From Candidatus Aerophobota bacterium (GTDB taxonomy: Bacteria; Aerophobota; Aerophobia; Aerophobales; B47-G16), in the NCBI GenBank assembly GCA_003648815.1, contig QMPZ01000001.1, positions 1 through 53,372 of the forward strand: a stretch of 53,372 nucleotides of DNA, written 5' to 3'. Positions 1 through 7,298 of this stretch are shown piece by piece (position 1 is the first letter of the stretch; every line of letters starts with the position of its first letter). The notes below the pieces were generated by a model. That model was not told the origin of the DNA and did no database searches. It saw only the letters and a program-made list of their open reading frames with translations. The translations under genes and the position numbers were made by a program.

Positions 1-756
1 CTAAGGCGTAAAAATGGTGATTACACCTACTTTGCTGCAGACATCGCCTATCACCGGAACAAGTTTAGTCGGGGATTTGATTACCTCATCGATATATGGG
101 GCGCGGATCACATTGGATATGTCCCTCGTATGAAGGCCGCTATCCAGGCTTTGGGTTATCCCCGGGAAAGTCTGAGGATAATTATATATCAGCTGGTCAG
201 CTTAATAAGGGAGGGAGAAAAGATACCTGCTTCTACCAGGGAGGGTAAGTTCATCTCCTTGAGAGAGGTGCTAAGGGAGGTGGGGAAAGACGCCTGTCGG
301 TTCTTCTTCCTGTCCCGGACCTGTGACTCCCACCTTGATTTTGACCTTGAGCAGGCGAAAAAACAAACCCCTGAAAACCCTGTCTTCTACATTCAGTATG
401 CCCATGCCCGTATCTGTAGTATTCTGGAGAAGGCAAGAGAGAAGGGAATAAAGATGGAGGAATTCGATGAGGCTTGCCTGAAGCTGTTAAGGAATCCGGA
501 GGAAATGGAATTGATGAAACAACTGGCCCTTTTACCTGATGAGGTCAAGGAGGCGGCGGAGAGCCTCGAGCCTCATCGTCTTACCACCTATCTGGAGAAC
601 TTAGCTTCTCTTTTTCATCAGTTTTATACCAAACATAGGGTGATAAATGAGCACGAAGAGTTGACCCATGCTCGTCTGTCCCTGGTCAAGGCGATAAAAA
701 TCGTCTTAAGGGATGTACTTAATCTACTGGGAATTTCTGCTCCCCGGAAAATGTAG
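1..756 (+). CDS. argS: Arginine--tRNA ligase, C-terminal part (5' end lies outside the window)
   Basis: Frame 1 is open from nt 1 (..GDYTYFAADIAYHRNKF..IWGADHIGYVPRMKA..). The C-terminal anticodon-binding region is typical of ArgRS. ORF-track entry 130..756 is only the part after an internal Met. Confidence 0.9.
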   Translation, partial: LRRKNGDYTYFAADIAYHRNKFSRGFDYLIDIWGADHIGYVPRMKAAIQALGYPRESLRIIIYQLVSLIREGEKIPASTREGKFISLREVLREVGKDACRFFFLSRTCDSHLDFDLEQAKKQTPENPVFYIQYAHARICSILEKAREKGIKMEEFDEACLKLLRNPEEMELMKQLALLPDEVKEAAESLEPHRLTTYLENLASLFHQFYTKHRVINEHEELTHARLSLVKAIKIVLRDVLNLLGISAPRKM

Positions 757-882
757 CCCTCCTTCATCGAAGATAATTAAAAAACACTTAAGAGAATCAT
801 CACAGGAAAAGAGGATAATTTTCTATGCTCTGTGGGATTAACTGGTATATACTCCGAGAAGGGATGGGAAGAGGGGAAGCTT

Positions 883-1545
883 ATGAGCGATGTCGAGGTA
901 AGGAAATATAGAGCTCAGGATAGGCAAAGCATAAGGGATATCTGTTGTGATACGGGCTTTTTTGGCAGACCAATCGAACTCGTCTTCAGGGACAGGGAGC
1001 TGTTTGCGGACCTTTTCACCAGGTATTATACCGATGAGGAACCTGAGTCAGCGTTTGTCGCTGAATGTAAGGGAGAGGTGATAGGTTATCTTCTCGGGTG
1101 TAAGGATAGCAAAAAATTCAGAAAATACCTTATCAGCAAGGTGATACTTCCTCGCTTACCCGAGCTTATCTGGAGATATTTTACCTGGTATGATAAGAGG
1201 GACAGAGAGTATGTGAGGTGGCTGCTATTCAGAAGCTGGAAAGAGATGCCAAAGACGCCCGAGAATGCTGCACACTTCCATTTCGATTTAAGGAAGGAAT
1301 ATAGGGGAAAGGGGATAGGCAAGCGGCTTTTAAACAGGTTTATCATTTACCTTAAGGAGAATAAGGTAAAAAGGGTCTATGGAGGAGTTCTCTCCTTTGA
1401 GAGGAAGAGGACGGAAAAATTATATAGAAGGGTAGGTTTTAAGATTTATGACAAGAAAAAGGTGAGTATGTGGAAAGATGAGGGTGGGGAGAAAATTTTT
1501 TGGTTGCGTGTTGTAAAGGAGATAGGCGAGGAAAATGAACCCTAA
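883..1545 (+). CDS. GNAT-family N-acetyltransferase
   Basis: ORF 832..1545. The ATG at 883 (MSDVEVRKY) is 6 nt after a GAGGGG SD. Acetyl-CoA motif YRGKGIGKRLL is present. Confidence 0.7.
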   Translation: MSDVEVRKYRAQDRQSIRDICCDTGFFGRPIELVFRDRELFADLFTRYYTDEEPESAFVAECKGEVIGYLLGCKDSKKFRKYLISKVILPRLPELIWRYFTWYDKRDREYVRWLLFRSWKEMPKTPENAAHFHFDLRKEYRGKGIGKRLLNRFIIYLKENKVKRVYGGVLSFERKRTEKLYRRVGFKIYDKKKVSMWKDEGGEKIFWLRVVKEIGEENEP

Positions 1546-2284
1546 GGGGAAAAAGTATCTGGTTGTTTCCGTACATGATGTGAGTCCGGCTTTCGGTGGC
1601 GAGGTAAGGGAGATAGTTTCTGAGCTTAAAAATCAAAAAATTCACAAAAAAAGCATTCTGGTCATTCCAGAATATCAGGGTAGATACAGCATTTTAAAGG
1701 ATAGTGAATTTTTGAGCTGGCTTTATTCCTTAAGAGAAGAGGGTGATGAGATCGTCCAGCATGGGTATGAACACATCTCCAGAAATAGGAGATATGGCTC
1801 TTTTAGAGACTATCTTATAGGGGAATTCTTCGCACAAGGATGTGCGGAGTTTCAAAACAGTGGTTATGAGGAGGCGAGGGATAAAATTAAAAAGGGTAGG
1901 GAAATTCTATCTCAAGCCGGCATAATCTGTGAAGGGTTTATCCCTCCTGGATGGTTGATGAGCCCGGAGGCAAACAGGGCAGTCATGGATGAGGGTTTCA
2001 AATATACAGCTTTTATAAAGGTTGTCAGAGACTACAGGAATGGACTAAATGTAAAGTCCGAGGTCATCAGGTTTGTCCCTCAGAATAGAATTGCTGAATA
2101 TATAAAGGTGTTCTACAATGCCTATCTTCTAAGAGGTCCTCTGAGGGATAAGGAACTCGTAAGGGTGGCCATTCATCCTCAGGATGTTCGAGCGGAGAAG
2201 GCATTTGATTATCTGGTAAAAATTATAAGGAAACTGAAAAAAGAGAGGGTCATTCTTACCTATGTTGATTTTTTGAATCTATAA
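1535..2284 (+). CDS. DUF2334-type predicted polysaccharide deacetylase
   Basis: The N-terminal VVSVHDVSP..ILVIPEY pattern and the size are typical of DUF2334. It overlaps the GNAT gene by 11 nt. Confidence 0.55.
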   Translation: MNPKGKKYLVVSVHDVSPAFGGEVREIVSELKNQKIHKKSILVIPEYQGRYSILKDSEFLSWLYSLREEGDEIVQHGYEHISRNRRYGSFRDYLIGEFFAQGCAEFQNSGYEEARDKIKKGREILSQAGIICEGFIPPGWLMSPEANRAVMDEGFKYTAFIKVVRDYRNGLNVKSEVIRFVPQNRIAEYIKVFYNAYLLRGPLRDKELVRVAIHPQDVRAEKAFDYLVKIIRKLKKERVILTYVDFLNL

Positions 2285-2287
2285 GAT

Positions 2288-2318
2288 CAAAGGGCGATTG
2301 AAGTTCCCCTCAAGTGTC
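2288..2318 (+). repeat. Degenerate copy of the hairpin module of the repeat family (AAAGGGCGATTGAAGTTCCCCTCAAGTGTCG)
   Basis: Aligns to the full module with internal deletions. The 3' arm CCCCTCAAGTGTCG and the tail TTTTCTTGA are intact. It starts 4 nt after the stop of the preceding gene. Confidence 0.6.
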
Positions 2319-2327
2319 GTTTTCTTG

Positions 2328-2410
2328 AAGTATAGGAACTTATAAACATTTGTTTAATAAAGGGGGAGCAGCGAAGCGTTGAGGGGGGAAAGATTCCCCC
2401 CTCAAGTGTC
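2328..2410 (+). repeat. Full copy of the AT-arm + GC-hairpin repeat element (copy A2)
   Basis: AGTATAGGAACTTATAAACATTTGTTTAATAAA + GGGGGAGCAGCGAAGCGTTGAGGGGGG-AAAGATT-CCCCCCTCAAGTGTCG. Nearly identical to 52320-52403 and 53063-53184. Confidence 0.9.
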
Positions 2411-2414
2411 GATA

Positions 2415-2462
2415 AGGGGAGCAGCGAAGCGTTGAGGGGGAAAACATCCCCCCTCAAGTGTC
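2415..2462 (+). repeat. Hairpin-only copy of the repeat element (copy A3), 4 nt after copy A2
   Basis: GGGGAGCAGCGAAGCGTTGAGGGGG-AAAACAT-CCCCCCTCAAGTGTCG. The stem is conserved and the loop differs (AAAACAT vs AAAGATT). Confidence 0.9.
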
Positions 2463-2481
2463 GTTGATAGATGAGGGGAAG

Positions 2482-2510
2482 TTTGACAGGGCAATGAATT
2501 TGTGATAGTC
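2482..2510 (+). promoter_or_regulatory. Candidate sigma70-type promoter for the glycosyltransferase/V-ATPase C-F/pyrE gene string
   Basis: TTGACA (2482-2487), 17-nt spacer, TGa-TAGTCT extended -10 (2502-2510), 40 nt upstream of ATG 2551. Confidence 0.4.
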
Positions 2511-2550
2511 TTATGAAAAAACTTATGAAAAAATATGATGAGATGAAGAG

Positions 2551-3756
2551 ATGGAAGGCTGCAGGAGGAAAGTAAGGATTCTGCTTTTATATGCAGGAAC
2601 CCTCTCTGGACATAGACAAGCAGCCAGGGCTCTGAAACAGGCATTAAGTAAATTGTATCCTGAAGTAGAGATCAAAATGGAGAATATATTCCGATATGGA
2701 CATCCTTGCTGGGGATGTCTTCTTGATCGTCTGTATCGCGTTTTAATAAAGTTCTTTCCCTGGTTTTGGGACCTCATCTGGGATAGCAAGGTAGTCTACT
2801 ATCTGACCTACATGTTGAGGAGCTTTCTGTATCAGCTCAATTACTTTCGGCTTTACAGAAAGCTTATTCTTCCGTTCAATCCTCAGGCTGTGATATGTAC
2901 CTTTAACATAGCCTGTGCTCTTTGCTCTGTCATAAAGAAAAAGAGAGACGTAGATTACCTTTTAGCTGCCGTCCCTACCGATTTTTGCCTGCATCCCTAT
3001 TGGGTCTATAAAAATGTAGATGTTTACTTTCTCCCCCATAAGGGTTTAGAAAAAGACCTCATAAACAGAGGAATTGACCCGGATAAGGTCCAGATTACGG
3101 GAATTCCCATCTCTTTGGACTTTTCTATGTCCAAGGATAGGAAGAAATTGAGGGAAAAATGGGGTATAAATGAGGGCCTTTTCACCATCCTCTTAATAGG
3201 AGGAGGGCAGGGAATGGGGCCTTTAAAGGAAATTGTGCTTGCGCTGAATAACTGTGAACTTCCTATTCAACTGCTGGTGGTGACGGGAACGAATCGTCAT
3301 CTGAGAAGAAAACTTCAAAAGATACAACCTGAGTTAAGTTTCCCCTCGAGAATTTTGGGATATACTCGAGAGGTTGCTGAATTAATGGAAATCTCCGATT
3401 TGTTGATAAGTAAGCCTGGAGGGCTTACCGTCGCCGAAGCCCTTGCTACAGAGACTCCCTTGGGAATTCTCGATTCCTTAGCTGGTCAGGAGAGGAGAAA
3501 TCAGGAACTTCTTCTCAAAAAAGGGGTAGCATTTGAGTTAAAGGACAGACAGGACATAATTGGTTTAATTCGCAAACTTCTGGACAGTTCCTTTGATCTG
3601 GAAGATTGGCGGGGAAGAGTGAGAAAATTGGCCCGTCCTCGAGCAGCACAGGATATTGCCAGAAGGATTATGCATCTGGTGGAGGAGAGGATGGACAGAT
3701 CTAAGGAAGTTAAGGGAGGTTCGATTGAAGATAGAATACCTTCAAATATCAGGTAG
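2551..3756 (+). CDS. MGDG-synthase/UgtP-like diacylglycerol glycosyltransferase (GT28 family)
   Basis: N-terminal RILLLYAGTLSGHRQAARAL matches the ..GGGH.. motif of MGDG_synth. C-terminal Glyco_tran_28_C-like ..ISKPGGLTVAEALA.. Confidence 0.7.
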   Translation: MEGCRRKVRILLLYAGTLSGHRQAARALKQALSKLYPEVEIKMENIFRYGHPCWGCLLDRLYRVLIKFFPWFWDLIWDSKVVYYLTYMLRSFLYQLNYFRLYRKLILPFNPQAVICTFNIACALCSVIKKKRDVDYLLAAVPTDFCLHPYWVYKNVDVYFLPHKGLEKDLINRGIDPDKVQITGIPISLDFSMSKDRKKLREKWGINEGLFTILLIGGGQGMGPLKEIVLALNNCELPIQLLVVTGTNRHLRRKLQKIQPELSFPSRILGYTREVAELMEISDLLISKPGGLTVAEALATETPLGILDSLAGQERRNQELLLKKGVAFELKDRQDIIGLIRKLLDSSFDLEDWRGRVRKLARPRAAQDIARRIMHLVEERMDRSKEVKGGSIEDRIPSNIR

Positions 3757-4756
3757 AAATACTTCCTATGCTTATGCCACAGGTAGAATAAGGGGATTAG
3801 AGAAGCAGCTTTTAAAAGAGGGTGATTTTGCTCGGATAAAGGAAGCTGAGGGATTAAGAGAGGTCCTCCAGATACTAAGTAAAACTTTTCCCTATTCAGA
3901 GTCTATGAAAAAGGTGGAAAAAGATGAGGAATTTGAAATTGGGCTGGAGGAGGAGCTGAAGAGGACCTATGAAGACCTGCGAAGTTTTTGTCCTGAGCCG
4001 GATCTGGTGGATTTGTTCTGGTTTGAATATGATTTTCATAACCTGAAGGTTCTTTTTAGAATTTACCTCCAAGGGAAAACCTCCGAGCCGGGAAAAGACC
4101 TTTTCATTTCGGGAACGCAAGATCCTCAGGTTTTAGAAGAGGCTTTGAGAACTCGAAACTTTACTGCTCTTTCTCCCGAGTTTCAGGGATTGCTGAAGGA
4201 AAGCCTCTCTTTTGTAAAAGAAAATTCTCACCCGCAGGATGTGGACAGTTTCCTGGATAGAAGGCTTTTTAAGTGGCTATCCTTTAAGGTGAGAAATTAT
4301 TCTGATCCTTTTCTGGATGAGCTGCTTCAAATAAAAATAGACCGCTTTAACCTCCTTTCCTTTCTTCGGATTAAGTTCTGGAAGGTCTCAGATGAGAAAA
4401 AGCTTTTGGACAGGACCTTAGTAGACGGAGGAATGGTCGAAAGGGAAAGATTATTGAAGCTCGCTGGAGGATCGGAGGAGCTTTTGGCCAGGGAGCTCGA
4501 GAATACGGATTATGGAAGGGCAGTGGAAGAAGTCCTGAAGGAAGAAGCTCAGGACTCACTTGTCTCCTTGGGTAAGTTCTTCGATGAATATATTCTAAGA
4601 CATACCAAAAGAGGTTCTTATGTAACCTTTGGAAGAGAACCTTTAGTCAATTATATCCTCCTTAAAAAACGGGAGATAAAGAATTTGAGGAGGATCTTAC
4701 GAGGAAAGATGGCTGGCCTTTCACAAAGTCAGATAGAGAGGTATGCTTATGCTTAA
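3725..4756 (+). CDS. V/A-type ATP synthase subunit C (AC39/d family)
   Basis: YAYATGRIRGLEKQLL.., ..YDFHNLKVLFR.. and C-terminal ..NYILLKKREIKNLRRIL.. match the Thermus/Enterococcus subunit C pattern. I prefer TTG 3725, which is 7 nt after a GGGAGG SD, over the ORF-track start 3656, which overlaps the upstream gene by 100 nt. Confidence 0.75.
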   Translation: MKIEYLQISGRNTSYAYATGRIRGLEKQLLKEGDFARIKEAEGLREVLQILSKTFPYSESMKKVEKDEEFEIGLEEELKRTYEDLRSFCPEPDLVDLFWFEYDFHNLKVLFRIYLQGKTSEPGKDLFISGTQDPQVLEEALRTRNFTALSPEFQGLLKESLSFVKENSHPQDVDSFLDRRLFKWLSFKVRNYSDPFLDELLQIKIDRFNLLSFLRIKFWKVSDEKKLLDRTLVDGGMVERERLLKLAGGSEELLARELENTDYGRAVEEVLKEEAQDSLVSLGKFFDEYILRHTKRGSYVTFGREPLVNYILLKKREIKNLRRILRGKMAGLSQSQIERYAYA

Positions 4757-5075
4757 GATGGCCGTAATCGGAGATAAGGAGACCTGTCTTCCCTTTCGAG
4801 GAGTGGGGGTAGAGGGGATAGTTTGCGAGAAAACTGAGGAAGTAAAAAAAATTCTCAGACAGAGGTTTGAGGAGGGATATGGGGTTATCTTCATTGCGGA
4901 ATCGCTGGCGGCAGAATGCCTGGAAATGATTGAGGAGTTGACGGAGAAAAGGTCTATGCCCATTATAACCATCATTCCCGATTTTTTAAAGAAATCACCG
5001 GGCATAACTGAGAGCAGGCTCAAAAACTGGTTGAGAAGAGCGGTGGGGATAGATATCAGTAAGATGAGGGACTAA
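4743..5075 (+). CDS. V/A-type ATP synthase subunit F
   Basis: MAVIGDKETCLPFRGVGVEG...VIFIAESLA...PIITIIPD is a close pattern match to bacterial/archaeal subunit F. Alternative starts are ATG 4749 and 4758. Confidence 0.8.
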   Translation: MLMLKMAVIGDKETCLPFRGVGVEGIVCEKTEEVKKILRQRFEEGYGVIFIAESLAAECLEMIEELTEKRSMPIITIIPDFLKKSPGITESRLKNWLRRAVGIDISKMRD

Positions 5076-5076
5076 G

Positions 5077-5694
5077 TTGTTAAGCCAGAAAGAAGTCCTT
5101 TCCATTTTCAGGGAAAAGGGAGCATTAAAGGAAGGACATTTTGAGCTTTCCTCAGGTCTGCATAGCGGAGAATATGTTCAAGCGGCTTTAGTGCTTCAAT
5201 ATCCTTCATACGCTGATAAGCTGTGCAGGTCTTTATCTTGTTATTTCGAAGAGGAGAATGTTCAGTTGGTGATAAGTCCAGCTATAGGAGGGATAATAGT
5301 AGGACAAAAGGTCGCCGAGGTCTTAGGAGCACGTGCCATCTTCGCTGAAAGAGTCCAGGGAAAACTTGTCTTAAGAAGGGGGTTTGATATAAGCTACGGA
5401 GAAAGAACCTTGATAGTTGAGGATGTAATTACTACAGGAGGTTCTGTCAGAGAGATCATAGAAATAGTGGAGGCTAAAGGCGGCATAGTTGTGGGAGTAG
5501 GCTGCTTGGTAGATCGGAGTGAAGGGAGGGCGGTATTTTCACTGGGAAAGGATAAAAAGAAGGTAATTCGACCAAAAAGTCTTTTGAGTTTGAGGCTACA
5601 GACCTATAGCAAGCAAGATTGTCCTTTGTGCAGGAAGGGGCTGCCCTTGAGTAGACCAGGAAGCAGAAAAGATGAGAAAAAAAGTTATTTATAG
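5077..5694 (+). CDS. pyrE: Orotate phosphoribosyltransferase
   Basis: LKEGHFELSSGLHSGEYVQ.. and the PRPP-binding loop LIVEDVITTGGS. TTG start. Confidence 0.85.
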   Translation: MLSQKEVLSIFREKGALKEGHFELSSGLHSGEYVQAALVLQYPSYADKLCRSLSCYFEEENVQLVISPAIGGIIVGQKVAEVLGARAIFAERVQGKLVLRRGFDISYGERTLIVEDVITTGGSVREIIEIVEAKGGIVVGVGCLVDRSEGRAVFSLGKDKKKVIRPKSLLSLRLQTYSKQDCPLCRKGLPLSRPGSRKDEKKSYL

Positions 5695-6397
5695 AGAGCT
5701 AATTAATCCGGGGAATTTGTTCTCCTTTGAGGTGAGCATCAAGGAAAGTGATCTGTTAGTACTGGCGGACAAAAATTTACCCAAGCGGACGGAAGAGGCT
5801 TTAATTTGGTGTCGCAAGGATATAGAACAATATATCTATCAAAATCCCATTTTTAAGACCTCTTTTGAACCTATTCCCGTGAAGGAAGATATGCCACCCA
5901 TTGTCAGGGCTATGACTGAGGCAGCTCAAAAGGCTAATGTGGGACCTATGGCTGCGGTAGCGGGAGCGATAGCTGAGTTTGTGGGGAAAAAGCTCTTAAA
6001 TTTCTGTCATCAGGTGATAGTGGAAAACGGAGGGGATATCTTTATGCAGGTCAAGAAGAAAAAAATAGTCGGCATTTACGCTGGAAGTTCACCTCTATCA
6101 GGCAAGATTGCTCTGGAGATAGAACCTCGGGACACTCCCATAGGCATTTGCTGTTCAGCAGGAACTTTTGGGCATTCCTTAAGCCTGGGGGAGGCGGATG
6201 CGGTAGTCGTCCTTTCTCCTTCGACTGCCTTGGCTGACGCCCTTGCTACAGCTGTAGGAAATATGGTAAAGAAGGAGAGCGATGTTCAGAAGGGCCTGGA
6301 TTTCTTGAGAAAGATCCCCGAGGTTTATGGAGGGCTGATCATAAAGGGGAAGAGATTGGGAGCTTGGGGAAAGATAAAAATTGTGGGGAGAGCTTGA
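5672..6397 (+). CDS. UPF0280 family protein (ApbE-like fold)
   Basis: ..GPMAAVAGAIAEF..VENGGDIF..GIYAGSSPLS..CSAGTFGHSLSLGEADAVVVLS..LADALATAVGN matches the UPF0280 signature. Confidence 0.7.
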   Translation: MRKKVIYRELINPGNLFSFEVSIKESDLLVLADKNLPKRTEEALIWCRKDIEQYIYQNPIFKTSFEPIPVKEDMPPIVRAMTEAAQKANVGPMAAVAGAIAEFVGKKLLNFCHQVIVENGGDIFMQVKKKKIVGIYAGSSPLSGKIALEIEPRDTPIGICCSAGTFGHSLSLGEADAVVVLSPSTALADALATAVGNMVKKESDVQKGLDFLRKIPEVYGGLIIKGKRLGAWGKIKIVGRA

Positions 6398-6399
6398 GA

Positions 6400-7083
6400 A
6401 TGGACGAGCACTTGAGGGAGAGATGGCTTTTAGTTTGGGAAAAAAATAAGAAAAGGTTCTTTTTATATACCTTGTTGGTATTAGCGGTGGCGGGCATTTT
6501 AACAGGGCTTTCCATCTTTCGAAATGAGATGGACAAAAAAGCCTGGGCAAAATTTAACTTAGCCACCACTTATTTTCAGCAGGCACAAAGCAGCGAAGAT
6601 GATAAAGGAAGACTGGCTAAGTATCAAAAGGCAAAGTCCTTATACGAGGAAGTTCTTTCTCGATATCCCTGGGCTAAGGTGAGGAAGGAGGCTCTTTTCT
6701 ATCTGGGAAACTGTCTTTATTGTCTTGGAGAATACAAACAGGCAGGCCAGATTTTGCAAAAGTTTTGTAGAAGATATGAGGATGACTACTTTTTTCCCTG
6801 GGCAGAGATCAAGCTCGCCTTTGCCTACGAGCAACAGGGACAATATGAAGAGGCTATAAAGACCTATGAGGAGCTATTGAAGAAATATCCTGACAACGTA
6901 CTCGCTCCCCAAGCCCTTTTGGGAATGGCAAGATGCCTTGAGCTTCAGGGAAAGTGGAATGAGGCTCTGTCTAAGTATGAGGAGCTTGTTTCTCGCTATC
7001 CCTTATCCAGTGAGGCTGCTTTAGGTGAGGTCCAAATTCAGAGGCTAAAAGGAGAAAGAAAGGTCATTATGAGTGAAGGGTGA
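6400..7083 (+). CDS. Membrane-anchored TPR-repeat protein (YbgF/YfgM-like)
   Basis: ATG 6400 follows the upstream stop directly. One N-terminal TM helix (FFLYTLLVLAVAGILTGLSIF), then TPR-like repeats (..AL..LG.CLY.LGEY..A). The stop TGA lies within a heptamer repeat. Confidence 0.7.
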   Translation: MDEHLRERWLLVWEKNKKRFFLYTLLVLAVAGILTGLSIFRNEMDKKAWAKFNLATTYFQQAQSSEDDKGRLAKYQKAKSLYEEVLSRYPWAKVRKEALFYLGNCLYCLGEYKQAGQILQKFCRRYEDDYFFPWAEIKLAFAYEQQGQYEEAIKTYEELLKKYPDNVLAPQALLGMARCLELQGKWNEALSKYEELVSRYPLSSEAALGEVQIQRLKGERKVIMSEG

Positions 7084-7094
7084 AGAGTGAAGGG
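7074..7094 (+). repeat. Three-unit heptamer repeat TGAAGGG TGAAGAG TGAAGGG
   Basis: Same unit family as the array at 53237-53327. The 16-mer TGAGTGAAGGGTGAAG is shared with 53233-53248. Confidence 0.8.
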
Positions 7095-7127
7095 TGCGCA
7101 TAAACGCTCACCTCAAAATATCGGAGA

Positions 7128-7155
7128 TTGACAAATTAACTTTTTAAGATAAATA
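7128..7155 (+). promoter_or_regulatory. Candidate promoter upstream of the small basic ORF and gltX
   Basis: TTGACA (7128-7133), 16-nt spacer, TAAATA (7150-7155). The -10 box is weak. Confidence 0.35.
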
Positions 7156-7190
7156 TTATAAAAGAAACTTTAAAGGAGGAGAGGGGAAAA

Positions 7191-7280
7191 GTGATTTCCG
7201 ATAAGAGGAGGAAGAAGACAAAGATCAACAAACACAAGAGAAAGAAAAAACGCCGGGCAAACAGATATAAAAATAAATAA
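7191..7280 (+). CDS. 29-aa highly basic peptide, bS22 / AURKAIP1-COX24-like ribosomal protein candidate
   Basis: Not in the ORF track because it is under 60 aa. GTG 7191 follows AAAGGAGGAGAGGGG. Translation MISDKRRKKTKINKHKRKKKRRANRYKNK* resembles mycobacterial bS22 (..KKRRKRM.KKKHRKLL..). It ends 18 nt before gltX. Confidence 0.55.
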   Translation: MISDKRRKKTKINKHKRKKKRRANRYKNK

Positions 7281-7298
7281 GTAAGAAGGATAGATCAA

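Noticed and set aside
2361-2462. Two adjacent 46-48-nt near-identical palindromic repeats that could be read as a mini CRISPR array
   Set aside because: The 'spacer' between them is only 4 nt. The repeats are longer than CRISPR repeats. No cas genes are present, and the same unit occurs singly at two other loci with an attached AT arm. This fits a dispersed MITE/REP-like element, not CRISPR.
3656-3724. N-terminal extension of the V-ATPase C ORF overlapping the glycosyltransferase gene by 100 nt
   Set aside because: There is no similarity to subunit C in this part. TTG 3725 has a GGGAGG SD, and subunit C homologs start close to the ..YAYATGRIR.. motif.
7084-7190. T-box or other leader upstream of gltX, and likewise upstream of ileS, hisS, aspS, alaS and cysS
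   Set aside because: There is no AGGGTGGNACCGCG-like T-box core. The other synthetase genes have upstream gaps of under 15 nt or overlap the preceding gene. The gltX upstream space is instead occupied by the small basic ORF.
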